Under the pieces are notes generated by a model, which did not search any database, was not told where the DNA came from, and worked only from the letters and a program-made list of their open reading frames with translations. A program made the position numbers and the translations under genes. From Octopus bimaculoides (Eukaryota), in the NCBI RefSeq assembly GCF_001194135.2, contig NC_068982.1, forward strand, positions 149,629,151 to 149,693,150: a stretch of 64,000 nt of DNA. Direction: 5' to 3'. Every line of letters begins with the position of its first letter. The stretch's first letter is position 1. Of the stretch, positions 51,331-63,438 are shown one piece after another.

Positions 51331-53383
51331 TAGTATTCCCCTACCCACTATCACCACCGCCACTCCATTAGCCTTGAAGGTCTCATAAAAAAGGTAATAT
51401 GTTCTTCTTTTTAACAGTTATAAAAAGCTTATAAAGAGCTCTAAAGACGAGACACTGCAGTGGTTTGGCAGTTACAGAGACTGTGTGGCAATAAAAGTAG
51501 AAGCAGTGACTTAAGAGATTAGTGGGTGTTACAGAGCTATGGTAACCATGGACACCATGATTAGTTGTAAACATGTGTCATTCCAATGGGATGAATGATA
51601 GCCATAGCTGTTGGAGAGCATGGTAGGAGAATAATGTTTCTTAACTAAATGTTCTTATCGTAACATCAATAGCAATATCTTCCTTCATTTGATAGGCACA
51701 AAACAAACTATGAATAGATTTATGGTTTATAAGAAAATACAAATGTACAGTGATATTCATGTTTTGCTCGTGTATAGTAATGTATAACTCTGAAGTTTAC
51801 ATATTTGTGCTACCATTTTCTTATTTTAAACATTTTGAGAAAGACCTAAATAAAAAAACATTCATTTATCTTTATCTTTTACTTGTTTCAGTCATTATAC
51901 TGTGGCCATGCTGGAGCACCACCTTGAAGAATTTTTAGTTGAATGAATCGACCCCAGTACTTATTTTATCCTTCTGTTTTTTTTTGTTTTTTTTTTTTAA
52001 GCCTGGTACTTATTCTACTGGTCTCTTTTGCTGAACTACTAAGCTATAGTGATGTAAACATATCAACACCAGTTGTCAAGTGGTGGTGGGGTTAAACACA
52101 GATACACAAAAACATACACATGTACACACACGCACACACACACACATATATATATACGAGGGTGCATGGCCTTGTGGTTAGGGTGTTGCACTCATGATCC
52201 AGCAATCGTGATTTCAATTCCTAGACCTGGTGGTGCATTATGTTCTTGAGCAAAACACTTCATATGAGATCACTGGTAGGTAATGGGTTAAATATACAAC
52301 AGGCTTTTTTTGGTTTCCATCTACCAAATCCACTCACAAGGCTTTGGTTGGCCCAAAACTGTAGAAGACACTTTCCCAAGTCCACAGTGGGACTGAACCT
52401 GGAACCATGTGGTTAGGAAGCAAGCTTCTTACCACACAGCCATACTTGAACAAATTTTTATAGAATACTCCTAACAGGATTTTATATAGAAGCCTCAGAT
52501 TTAAAAAAAAATATTTAGGAACATCAGGTTTATAAGGAAAAGGAAATGTGATTTTCATAACTTTCATGAAATGAAATGGTTACAACCAAGAACACAAACT
52601 GAGTTATTGTTTTGTTTTTCCAAAAATTTAGTTCTATAACAAAAGAGATGGCGATTTTCTTTTCTTTCATTGGCTCTCAGATATATTCATATGTTCCAAG
52701 ATGACCAGAGATTTATGATGCAGTAAAACAGCAGATGTGAGATTTTCATATTTTATCTCAAAGGCATTGATGATGCAAGTGAAGGGAAATGGTGACAACT
52801 GGGAATCAGAAGCTGTTATTGATGTGGCTCATGAGAACTTACTTCTGTTCTGCAATGTCAAGTACTGTCATGTCATTAATAAGGAAGCAATCTTCAAATG
52901 TTAATATTTAAATCACATATAAGGCAGCAAACTGGCAGAATCATTAGCACATCAAGCAAAATCCTGAATGATATTTTGTCTGTCTCTACATTCTGAGTTC
53001 AAATCCCACCAAGGTCAACTCTGCCTTTCCTCATTTCAGGATCAATAAAATAAGTACCAGTTGAGCACTGGGGTCGATGTTATTGACACATCCACCCCCT
53101 TGAACTTGCTGGCCTTGTGTTAAAATTTGAAACCAATATTTAAATCACATATAGTATATGAGGGATGTAGGGTGACAGGCAATAAAACTGACTCCCGTAC
53201 TAAACTCAGATATATTTTGTCAGCCCCTGAAATATAGAATCAAAGTCAGTCTTGGCAGGATTTGAACTCAGAACATAATGGAAGACAATTAATTACTGCA
53301 AAGTATGTTATCCAAAATCACAGATTCTGCAAATCTAATGTAAAAGATTCCACTGTGAGCAAAAGTAATGACTGCAAGAAACT

Positions 53384-53422
<39 letters not shown>

Positions 53423-53869
53423 ATGCTCTGGTATGGTGTTAACCCCATGTTGGCTAAAGCAAAATTACATATATACACACATAGAAGTGCACAAAGACAC
53501 ATGCATATGCATTTGAAGACAAGTGTTTCTATGTATGTACATCTACTTATGCCACTACATATATTTAGAAGCTTCAGGTATGGTTGTGTGGTTGAAGCCT
53601 GCTTTGCAAAAATGTGGTTTTCAGTTTAGTCCTACCACATGTCACTTTGAGTAAATGTACTACTGCTACAGCTCAAGATCAACCAATCTTGAGAGGAAAT
53701 ATGGTAGGCAGAAACTGTGTGGAAGCCTATCATGTGTATGCATATCTGTCTGTGTATCTTTGTGCTTATGCTTCTCAGCACCACCACTGCTTCACAATTG
53801 TGGTGTTGGCTTGTTTACACCCCCATAAATTAGCAGTTTGGCAAAAGAGACTAATAAAACTTTTTGTTA

Positions 53870-54468
53870 TCTAAGTAACCCAGTCAGTAGTGGAAAAGGA
53901 TACTCTGAGAGCATAGCTGCTAGAGTAAGAATAGGTTGGGTGAAGTTCAGAGAGCTTCTACCTTTGTTGGCAATAAAGGGCCTCTCCCTCGGAGTGAAAC
54001 ACTGATTCTATGATCTCTAGCTATGGAGGGAACCAATGGAAGAGGTAGACCCATGACGACACGTAATGAGGTGGTGGAGCATGATCTTTGAATGTGGGGT
54101 CTCATGGAGGAAATGACAAGTCAGCGTGACCTTTGACAATTTGCTGTGCTTGAGAAGATTTGTCAAGTCAAGTGAAATCATAGTTGTAGCCAGTGCCAAT
54201 GACACATAACCGCTTTTGTGCTGGTGATATGTAAAAGCACCCATGGCAGGGGCATGTAAAAGCACCCATGGCGGGGGCATGTTAAAGCACCTGTGCTGGT
54301 GATATGTAAAAGGTACTCACTACACTCTCAGAGCTGTCAGTTGGCACTAGGAAAGCCATCCAGCCATAGAAACCTAGCTAAATTCGGACTGGAAGCTAGT
54401 GCAGCTTTCTAGTTTACCAGTTCCACTCAAGGCATCTAACTCATGCCAGCATAGAAAGCAGACACTAA

Positions 54469-54523
<55 letters not shown>

Positions 54524-54525
54524 CA
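53870..54525 (+). mobile_element. RTE LINE 3' part with internal deletion, 3' UTR modules and long (GAT)n tail
   Basis: ESIAARVRIGWVKFRELLPLLAIKGLSL, then directly GRGRP-like sequence and the UTR. Confidence 0.85.
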
Positions 54526-54860
54526 ATAAGCCTAGACCCCAAAAAATAAGTACTGGCGCCAACTTGTTCTGCTTAACACTTCAAGGTAGGGCCCCAGCAC
54601 TGCTATAGTCCAGTGACTTAAACATGTAAAAGATAAATGTGTGTGTGTAGTGTGCGTGTATGTGTGTGGTGCGTGTGTGTGAGAGAGAGAGAGAGAGAGA
54701 GTTTTTTAGTAATATGTATTTGCATATATCTATATCTATATATATNNNNNNNNNNNNNNNNNNNNNNNNNNNNNNNNNNNNNNNNNNNNNNNNNNNNNNN
54801 NNNNNNNNNNNNNNNNNNNNNNNNNNNNNNNNNNNNNNNNNNNNNNNNNNNNNNNNNNNN

Positions 54861-54950
54861 GAAGAATATTTGCCACCTAAATGTGGCTAACCCTTAAGGG
54901 TTAGCATTAGTCCTTAAGAGTTAGCCACATTTAGGTGGCAAATATACTTC
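54861..54950. repeat. 90-nt near-perfect inverted repeat
   Basis: 39-nt arms (54861-54899 and 54912-54950) with 2 mismatches and a 12-nt loop. Confidence 0.92.
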
Positions 54951-54994
54951 ATGATATATATATATATATATATATATATATCATGCAGCACAGA

Positions 54995-55028
<34 letters not shown>

Positions 55029-55070
55029 CCTTTTTAAAAGAGTTTGTGTGTGTGTGTGTTATGTATGTAT

Positions 55071-55116
<46 letters not shown>

Positions 55117-55369
55117 ACACATACACACACACACACACACATGGTGAGAGTGAGGATGTATCAGCAGCAGAAAGAGACCCAAGAATTTGGTTTGCTATAA
55201 GACCGGGTAGTGATAAATTCCAAATAAAAATTGCTAGCAAGTTGTATGAAGTGGTATGTATGACTACAAAATTAGAGAGATACTGATGGGGTTGGAGTAG
55301 AGTCAATAGAAAGAGTGTTAGGAAGAGTAGAGGAAGAGAGGATTAATGAATGATACAAGTGAGAGAATG

Positions 55370-55860
55370 CAATAGTGAGAGAGAGAAAGAAAGAGAGAGA
55401 GAAAGAAAGAGAGAGAGAAAGAAAGAGAGAGAAAGAAAGAGAGAGAAAGAAAGAGAGAGAGAAAATCAGAGCAAGTAAAGAGTGAAAAGCTTGTAGAAAG
55501 AGTGCATAGAGGGGAGACAAGCAGACAGAGAAAAAAACAAAACGACAAAATCAGAGACAGAGAGAAAAACGATGGATAAATGAGCAAGAGAGAGAGAGAG
55601 TGAGAGTGAGAGGAAAGGAAAGAGAAATAGATCAGAGAGACAGTGAAAAGAAAGAAAGAAAGAATAAATGAATAGTGAATATTCAAGAAGAGAGGAAGAC
55701 AGACAGACAGAAGTAGACAAACAGACTAACGTACAGACAGACATGCAGACAGATAGACAGGCAGGCAGAAACGTGAACAGCCAGACAAAACAGAGAAAGA
55801 AACCATGACAGCTGAACTGACAGAATGACTGACTGATTGACAGATTGACCAAGCGGCAGT
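55370..55860. repeat. GA-rich / (GAAA)n / (GACA)n low-complexity tract
   Basis: Visible microsatellite mosaic; source of several spurious minus-strand L/S/F ORFs. Confidence 0.9.
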
Positions 55861-55892
55861 CTGCTGACTAATGGACTGATAGGGAAACATTA

Positions 55893-55929
<37 letters not shown>

Positions 55930-56665
55930 TGCAAAGGAATAGGGATTTTAAATCGTTACAAGATACTTTATAAGCACTTTGTTAAATCTGAACTTGGCTA
56001 ACCACATCGGATTATAGGAAACATTTAGAATTACTTAGAATAAACAATTAAACTGTATGCCCTTCAGTTGGCAAATTCTGGTAAATATGAAGAAAATAAT
56101 GTTTTCCATCAAATAAAATTTAAAGGTGTATAACTCTCTGTTCTTCATTATTATGTCTATGCATGTGTATATCTATTTATCTATTTTGTATGCAACTTTT
56201 CAAGAAAAATGTTAACCTTTGTTCTATAAGCTCATAAAAACCCTGACAAGGTTCTTCCCCTTGTAGTTAAAAATGATACCAATTCTTAGCATATCAAATG
56301 CTTAAAATGACATATCAACTAGGAGCATGAACCGAAACATATATGTAGGTTTTCTGCATCTGCCATTTCTTCTTGAGCTTTACAACTTATAATTTATTTG
56401 TATTGTCTTTATAAAAAATTTCAACATCTTAATCCCTTTGTCTGTCCTTGTTTGTTCCCTCTATGTTTAGCCCTTTGTGGGCAATAAAGAAATAAGATTA
56501 GGAATGCTCAGCAGAAGAGAGATGCAGGGGACATGCCTGTATGTAAGGATAACCATGATTTTACTTAGCTTCACATGTCTTTTCAAGCACAGCTAACTGC
56601 TAGGAGTCTCAGTCCCCTGTCATCCCCTCCATGAGTCTCAGCATCTGTAGATCCTTTCTCACCAC

Positions 56666-56709
<44 letters not shown>

Positions 56710-56779
56710 CATCATCATTATATATACATGTATATATTATGTGTGTGTTTGTGTGTACACATGAATGTATATATGTATG

Positions 56780-56817
<38 letters not shown>

Positions 56818-56837
56818 NNNNNNNNNNNNNNNNNNNN

Positions 56838-56887
<50 letters not shown>

Positions 56888-56891
56888 ATAT

Positions 56892-57095
56892 GGGAGAATG
56901 TACGAAAAAAAAACAACAGACGAGGACAGGTGGTGTAAACAACAAAAGGATGTATTAGTTTGACGCTCGGGAATACAGAAAGTCTTTAACGTTTCGAGCT
57001 ACGCTCTTCAACAGAAAGAATACGGAGAAAACAAGGAGAAAAACACGGAGAAGAAAAAAAAATTGAATGGTGTTTGGTCAACGATCTATCATGGC
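56892..57095 (-). mobile_element. Family D repeat copy 3, with hammerhead-like motif at 56983-57019
   Basis: Minus strand UCUUU CUGUUGAA GAG CGUAG CUC GAAA CGU U AAAGA. Confidence 0.8.
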
Positions 57096-57123
57096 TTCAT
57101 ATATATATACATATATATATATA

Positions 57124-57315
57124 GGGGGAGAATTCACAAAAAAACAAAAGATGAAGACAGGTGGTGTAGACAACAACCAGTTGTATTAGTTTATCACTCG
57201 GGAAGTGAAAAAGTCTTTAACATTTCAAGCCTACACTCTTTCACAGAAAGGAACACAGAAAGAAACAAGGAGAGAAAATATAGAATGTGTAGTGGCTAGC
57301 GATCTATCATGGCAA
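57124..57315 (-). mobile_element. Family D repeat copy 4, with CpG-decayed hammerhead-like motif at about 57214-57251
   Basis: Minus strand CUUU CUGUGAAA GAG uguagg CUU GAAA UGU U AAAG. Same subfamily as copy 1. Confidence 0.78.
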
Positions 57316-57639
57316 AACATATACATATATATGTATATGTATACCTTTAATGCTGCTTGTAAAGCAGCATTATTTTCAACTCAGTTAGAAACACACCTAC
57401 CCAAATATTTTTTCTTAATTAGTTTTGAGAACTCTATGGATTGTATGCACAACTTCTGCATAAAGAAACTCCAGCAGACTGTCTATAACCTACTTCACCA
57501 CCATATCCAAGAACTTACAGAAATTCCAACTAGAAATACTTCTTGACAAGCTATCAAGAGAAATGTCCACTCATATAGACTAATGCTACTACAATCAGGT
57601 CAACTATAGTAACTCTTAGCTTACATGCAAATTTCTTTA

Positions 57640-58090
57640 GATATTCAAAATATACTACTATGCCAATTCCTCCCACTTCATCAACACTGAAAACTGAACC
57701 AATCCAACAACCACAGCCTGGCACAACCACTCAGGTCTGACTAATTTTCTCTCCCACTCAAAACTCAAAATTCTTAGAATTGATCCCAAATCTATCGTGA
57801 CACAAAAACCTGATGACAAACTGAAACATGATATAGAAAACAACTTCTGTGAAACTATCTACTAGCTAAAACAAATTTCAGCACATATTGGATGGACAAG
57901 ATTTTTTAATCTTGCCAGAAATAAGGCAACTTCCCTAATGTTTATATGACAATAAAATACACCCAGTAAATTTTAAATTCTTGGCAGTAGAATCAGTGTC
58001 CAACCACAGAAACTATGTCCAGAGCAATAACCCTGAATAAGAACTAGCTCAATCTAGGACAACTGTCCAAGCCATTCAAACATAGTAGAG
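57640..58090 (+). mobile_element. Probable Penelope-like ORF N-terminal remnant
   Basis: TNFLSHSKLKILRIDPKSIVTQKPDDKLKHDIENNFCETI resembles the PLE NLS...L.LG.KF..TP...F.R..RL region. Confidence 0.4.
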
Positions 58091-58144
58091 CAAAGAAAAA
58101 CAGACCTAAATATATGTGTGTTTGTGTGTGTATATATATATATA

Positions 58145-58915
58145 TCATCATCATCATCATCGTTTAACATCCGCTTTCCATGCTAGCATGGGTTGGACGA
58201 TTTGACTGAGGACTGGTGCAACCGGATGGCTACACCAGGCTCCAATCTAATTTGGCAGAGTTTCTACAGCTGGATGCTCTTCCTAACGCCAACCACTCAG
58301 AGAGTGTAGTGGGTGCTTTTACGTGTCACCCGCACGAAAACGACCACGCTCGAAATGGTGTCTTTTATGTGCCACCCGCACAAGAGCCAGTCCAGGGGCA
58401 CTGGCAACGATCTCGCTTGAAAACCCTACAAGGCCAGTCAGGCGGTACTGGCAACGGTCACGCTCANNNNNNNNNNNNNNNNNNNNNNNNNNNNNNNNNN
58501 NNNNNNNNNNNNGGTGCAGGATTGGCTCTCTGGTAAGAAGCTTACTTCCTAGTCAGATGGTTCCATGATCAGTCCACTGTGTGACACCTTGGGCAAGTGT
58601 CTTCTACTATAGCCTCAAGCCAACCAAAGCCTTGCGAGTGGATTTGGTAGATGGAAACTAAAAGAAGCCCATCATGTATATATCTGTATATGTGTATATC
58701 TATAGGTGTGTGTCATTGTGTCTGTGTTTGTCCCCCACCAGTGTTGGTGTCTTTATATCCTCGTAACTTAGTGGCTCAGCTAAATAGAATGATAGAATAG
58801 GTACCAAGCTTAAAAAATAAAAAGTACTGGGGTCTATTTATTCAACTAAAATTCTTCGAAACAGTGCCCCAGCATGGCCACAATCTAATGATTCAAACAA
58901 GTAACAGAATAAAAG
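58145..58915. mobile_element. RTE 3' UTR (58145-58466, minus) and family B SINE (58513-58915, plus)
   Basis: Direct homology to other copies. Confidence 0.82.
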
Positions 58916-58923
58916 ATTATATA

Positions 58924-59263
58924 CAGGGTGCGGTGAATAAATTGTCATCTAAATTATGCAAAAAGGAAAATAACACTGACATCTCATTTTAACAGATGTT
59001 TACTAAAATTACTTTAAAATATTTTGAAATATTTTTACACTTTTACTTGTTTCAGTCATTTGACTGGCGGCCATGCTGGAGCACCGCCTTTATAGTCAAG
59101 CAAATCAACCCCAGAACTTATTCTTTGTAAGCCTAGTACTTATTCTACCGGTCACTTTTACCGAACTGCTAAGTTACAGGGACGTAAACACGCCAGCATC
59201 GGTTGTCAAGTGATGCTGGGGGGACAAACAGACACACAAACATATACACACACACATACATAT

Positions 59264-59324
<61 letters not shown>

Positions 59325-60018
59325 ACAGGCTTCTTCCAGTTTCCGTCTACCAAATCCACTCACAAGGCTTTGGTCGACCTGAAATATTTGGTGTTACAAG
59401 GGGTTTTGCTAGTCTCTCACTCAACTATGCTCTACACATAATAATCAAAGTGGGTTGCAGCCTGGGGAGTTAGGTGGCCAGAGGTTAGCAGTGTTGTGGT
59501 CACAGAAAATATCTGACAGCCATGACTGGGTTCTCCTGCTTCTGTGGTATGGTGCAGAGTCTCGTTGCCAGACATAGAGTCTTCCAGTAGCCACCCTCTT
59601 GATCCAGAGCAGCACTACCTCCAGGCACTTGATGTTGGCTTCCATGTTGAGTCTGAGGTCATGTGGGAAGATGAATGAAGATATAACATCGTTATCACTA
59701 GTGATCACTCCAAACACCATAATGTTGACTGGATGTTTGGTTTTTATCACTCTCAGTACATGTCCTCACATTGCACTGTCTTTAGATTGATATCCAAACA
59801 CTCTGAAATGGTTTGTATTAGAGCTTCTGGCATGAATGCCAAGCAGTACAGCATGTTGTTTCCAAATTTCTGGTAGATTGAATTGTGTCATGGTGCTGTT
59901 TTTCTCACAGATGGTGCTGAACTGACTCTACTATACTGTGCAGTTGACAAAATCAAAAACAAAGCACATGCATGAAATTAAAAATTCAAAATGATAACAA
60001 TTTACACATCACACCCTG
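58924..60018 (-). mobile_element. maT (DD37D) transposon, internally deleted, with nested family B SINE (about 59041-59380)
   Basis: TA TSDs at 58922-58923 and 60019-60020. TIRs CAGGGTGnnnnnnnTAAATTGTYATC. ORF 59445-59750 reads YVWQRDSAPYH...LWPPNSPGCNPL, then D after a 1-nt insertion, giving 37 residues between the Ds. Confidence 0.9.
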
Positions 60019-60054
60019 TATTTATATAAATATTCCATTGTTCTTATATATATA

Positions 60055-60436
60055 TGTAAGGGACGACCGTGCGAACTCAAAAAGGAGATATGGTGACGAA
60101 TGGAAAAACAGGACTCCTTTTATTTAAACGTGTCACACGGTCGAACACAAAATATATATCAAAGATGGATGATATATATGATATGTTATGCGACGATAAC
60201 ATAGATGACCAGTAATGAAAGACCACAACCGTATTAGATGAATAACAGAGATATTTATTATAGCGTTAAAGATGTATGTCTGTGTCAGAGTGTGAATGCG
60301 ACATATAATAACATAATCAAAGACAGGCCGTCGTACAAAGAAAAGTGTGTATGTGAGTGATACATGTGTGTATGAGTGTTTACAGCAGATAGAAAGAGAG
60401 TCAATAACCCGTGAGCAATTATACCAGATCGTTAGT
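60055..60436 (-). mobile_element. Probable LTR (3' end ...CCCTTACA) inserted in (TA)n, continuing into a gap
   Basis: Minus strand ends in CA at 60055 with AATAAA at 60119-60124, about 64 nt upstream. CpG-rich relative to its flanks. Confidence 0.45.
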
Positions 60437-61425
60437 NNNNNNNNNNNNNNNNNNNNNNNNNNNNNNNNNNNNNNNNNNNNNNNNNNNNNNNNNNNNNNNN
60501 NNNNNNNNNNNNNNNNNNNNNNNNNNNNNNNNNNNNNNNNNNNNNNNNNNNNNNNNNNNNNNNNNNNNNNNNNNNNNNNNNNNNNNNNNNNNNNNNNNNN
60601 NNNNNNNNNNNNNNNNNNNNNNNNNNNNNNNNNNNNNNNNNNNNNNNNNNNNNNNNNNNNNNNNNNNNNNNNNNNNNNNNNNNNNNNNNNNNNNNNNNNN
60701 NNNNNNNNNNNNNNNNNNNNNNNNNNNNNNNNNNNNNNNNNNNNNNNNNNNNNNNNNNNNNNNNNNNNNNNNNNNNNNNNNNNNNNNNNNNNNNNNNNNN
60801 NNNNNNNNNNNNNNNNNNNNNNNNNNNNNNNNNNNNNNNNNNNNNNNNNNNNNNNNNNNNNNNNNNNNNNNNNNNNNNNNNNNNNNNNNNNNNNNNNNNN
60901 NNNNNNNNNNNNNNNNNNNNNNNNNNNNNNNNNNNNNNNNNNNNNNNNNNNNNNNNNNNNNNNNNNNNNNNNNNNNNNNNNNNNNNNNNNNNNNNNNNNN
61001 NNNNNNNNNNNNNNNNNNNNNNNNNNNNNNNNNNNNNNNNNNNNNNNNNNNNNNNNNNNNNNNNNNNNNNNNNNNNNNNNNNNNNNNNNNNNNNNNNNNN
61101 NNNNNNNNNNNNNNNNNNNNNNNNNNNNNNNNNNNNNNNNNNNNNNNNNNNNNNNNNNNNNNNNNNNNNNNNNNNNNNNNNNNNNNNNNNNNNNNNNNNN
61201 NNNNNNNNNNNNNNNNNNNNNNNNNNNNNNNNNNNNNNNNNNNNNNNNNNNNNNNNNNNNNNNNNNNNNNNNNNNNNNNNNNNNNNNNNNNNNNNNNNNN
61301 NNNNNNNNNNNNNNNNNNNNNNNNNNNNNNNNNNNNNNNNNNNNNNNNNNNNNNNNNNNNNNNNNNNNNNNNNNNNNNNNNNNNNNNNNNNNNNNNNNNN
61401 NNNNNNNNNNNNNNNNNNNNNNNNN

Positions 61426-61458
<33 letters not shown>

Positions 61459-62514
61459 CATATACATATATGCATGCATATGTATATATGCATATGTGTA
61501 CATATATGCATAAATACATAATACATACATTCATGTATACATATGTACATACATACATGCATACGTACATACATATTCACATGTATGCGTATGTTCATAT
61601 ATGTGTGTGGGGGTGAATGCATGTGTGTGTGTTTGTGTATGTGTGTATGTTTGCATGTATGTCTGTTTAAAAATAGCTGAAAATGAAAATCCATATGAAG
61701 CACATCCAGTAATATGAAAGAGAGTAGACAGCTGTTTCTAAGTTTATCTCCTCATGCTGTGTTACAGATGTAACAGAAGCGGGATAAGGGGCAATGAACT
61801 TCTGTTCTCTCTTTGCAATGAGTTCAACCTCAATATTTCTAAAGCAATGTTGTTCATAGGAAATAACAATGGTACCAATGTCATCTCTTTCAAGGAGCCT
61901 GTATAGAACATAGGCACAAGCTTCCAGGAATAATCCATTATAAAAATAAGAAAACTCTTGGAAATGCTCGAGTTCTAACCAGTGAGATAATAATAGAGTA
62001 TTGATAGTAAGAACACATATAATGTTGAATATATAAAGGCATACACATAAAAAGACACATGTATATTTACACACACAAGCATAGAGAACACAGGCATGAC
62101 ACTTTTTCTAAGAAGAATCCTTTATAGAATTACAGGATACACGCACAAACACACACACACACTCACATGCATATACAAACACACAAACAAATACACACAT
62201 AGACAGATAGATAGATACATGCATACATCCGTACGTACATACATATATACATACGTGCATACACACACACACACATACTTACAGATGGACCTAGTGCAAG
62301 CTCAACGGCTATCTAGCAATAGCACGGGTACGCAGAAATTCCGGGATGGAGTCTGGCATGCTGAAAGACCACTGGGAGTGAGGTGCCCCTCAGATTTTGT
62401 TGAAGCATGTCTGTAGGAGAAGGTCACTCTGATATAAAACCAAATATGTAGGGAATGGCATTAGACATTTTGGGGGTCTTTGGTTTGTGCTAGAGATCAC
62501 GCCGCTCCCACACA

Positions 62515-62545
<31 letters not shown>

Positions 62546-62629
62546 GGAAACACACATACTCACAGACATATATAATGTGTGTTTTTTTGTGCATGTGGAC
62601 ATATATCTATATGTATGTATTTGCATGTA

Positions 62630-62952
62630 CAGGGGTTGGACAAAATAATGGAAACACCTTAAAATTTCAAGCAAATTTATCTTAATATGGTGTAGGACCG
62701 CCTTTGACAGTAATTACAGCTTGAATTCTATGAGGTATGAACTAGTACAAAGTTTGAATTGTTTCCAAAGGAATTTTTGTCCATTCTTCAGCTAAAACAG
62801 TCTCCAGTTCTTGTAGTGATGATAGTGGAGAATATCAACTCCTTACTTGTTTTTCTAAAATGCACCATAAATGTTCAATAATATTGAGATTTGGGGACTG
62901 TGGTGGCCAGATAAGATGTTCAACTTTACTAGAATGTTCCTTGTGCCATTCA
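62630..62952 (-). mobile_element. Truncated second copy of the DD36E Tc1-like element
   Basis: TA|CAGGGGTTGGACAAAATAATGGAAACACCT, co-linear with 48557-48880. Minus strand reads EWHKEHSSKVEHLIWPPQSPNLNIIEHLW. Confidence 0.92.
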
Positions 62953-63438
62953 TGTGTTTGCATGTATGTGTGTCTGCATANNNNNNNNNNNNNNNNNNNN
63001 NNNNNNNNNNNNNNNNNNNNNNNNNNNNNNNNNNNNNNNNNNNNNNNNNNNNNNNNNNNNNNNNNNNNNNNNNNNNNNNNNNNNNNNNNNNNNNNNNNNN
63101 NNNNNNNNNNNNNNNNNNNNNNNNNNNNNNNNNNNNNNNNNNNNNNNNNNNNNTATATATATATATATATATATATATATCCACATATTCATATGCAGAC
63201 AGTACATCTTGATAACTGCCATGAGATAGGAAAGTATACTAGTCCTTATATATTTTATACTCTATATTTAATATTCAATATTTCATATATTCAATAAGAC
63301 AGTCAATACTTCATTTCATTTTACTATTTATATTATATATTCCATATTCTATATCCCACATTAATTTTATAAGAATATAAATAAAACATAAAAAACAGAC
63401 AGAGTTGGAACTCTTTTAAATAATATATATATATATAT

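Noticed and set aside
52681-52736. Strong acceptor with gtgaga donor
   Set aside because: Stops in all three frames and no supporting context.
21435-54320. Repeated GGCACRTAAAAGCACC modules as a CRISPR-like array
   Set aside because: Eukaryotic context, irregular spacing, no unique spacers and no cas genes; part of the RTE 3' UTR.
13385-59380. tRNA-like heads (A/B-box motifs) as tRNA genes
   Set aside because: No complete cloverleaf; each runs into a shared SINE body present in many copies.
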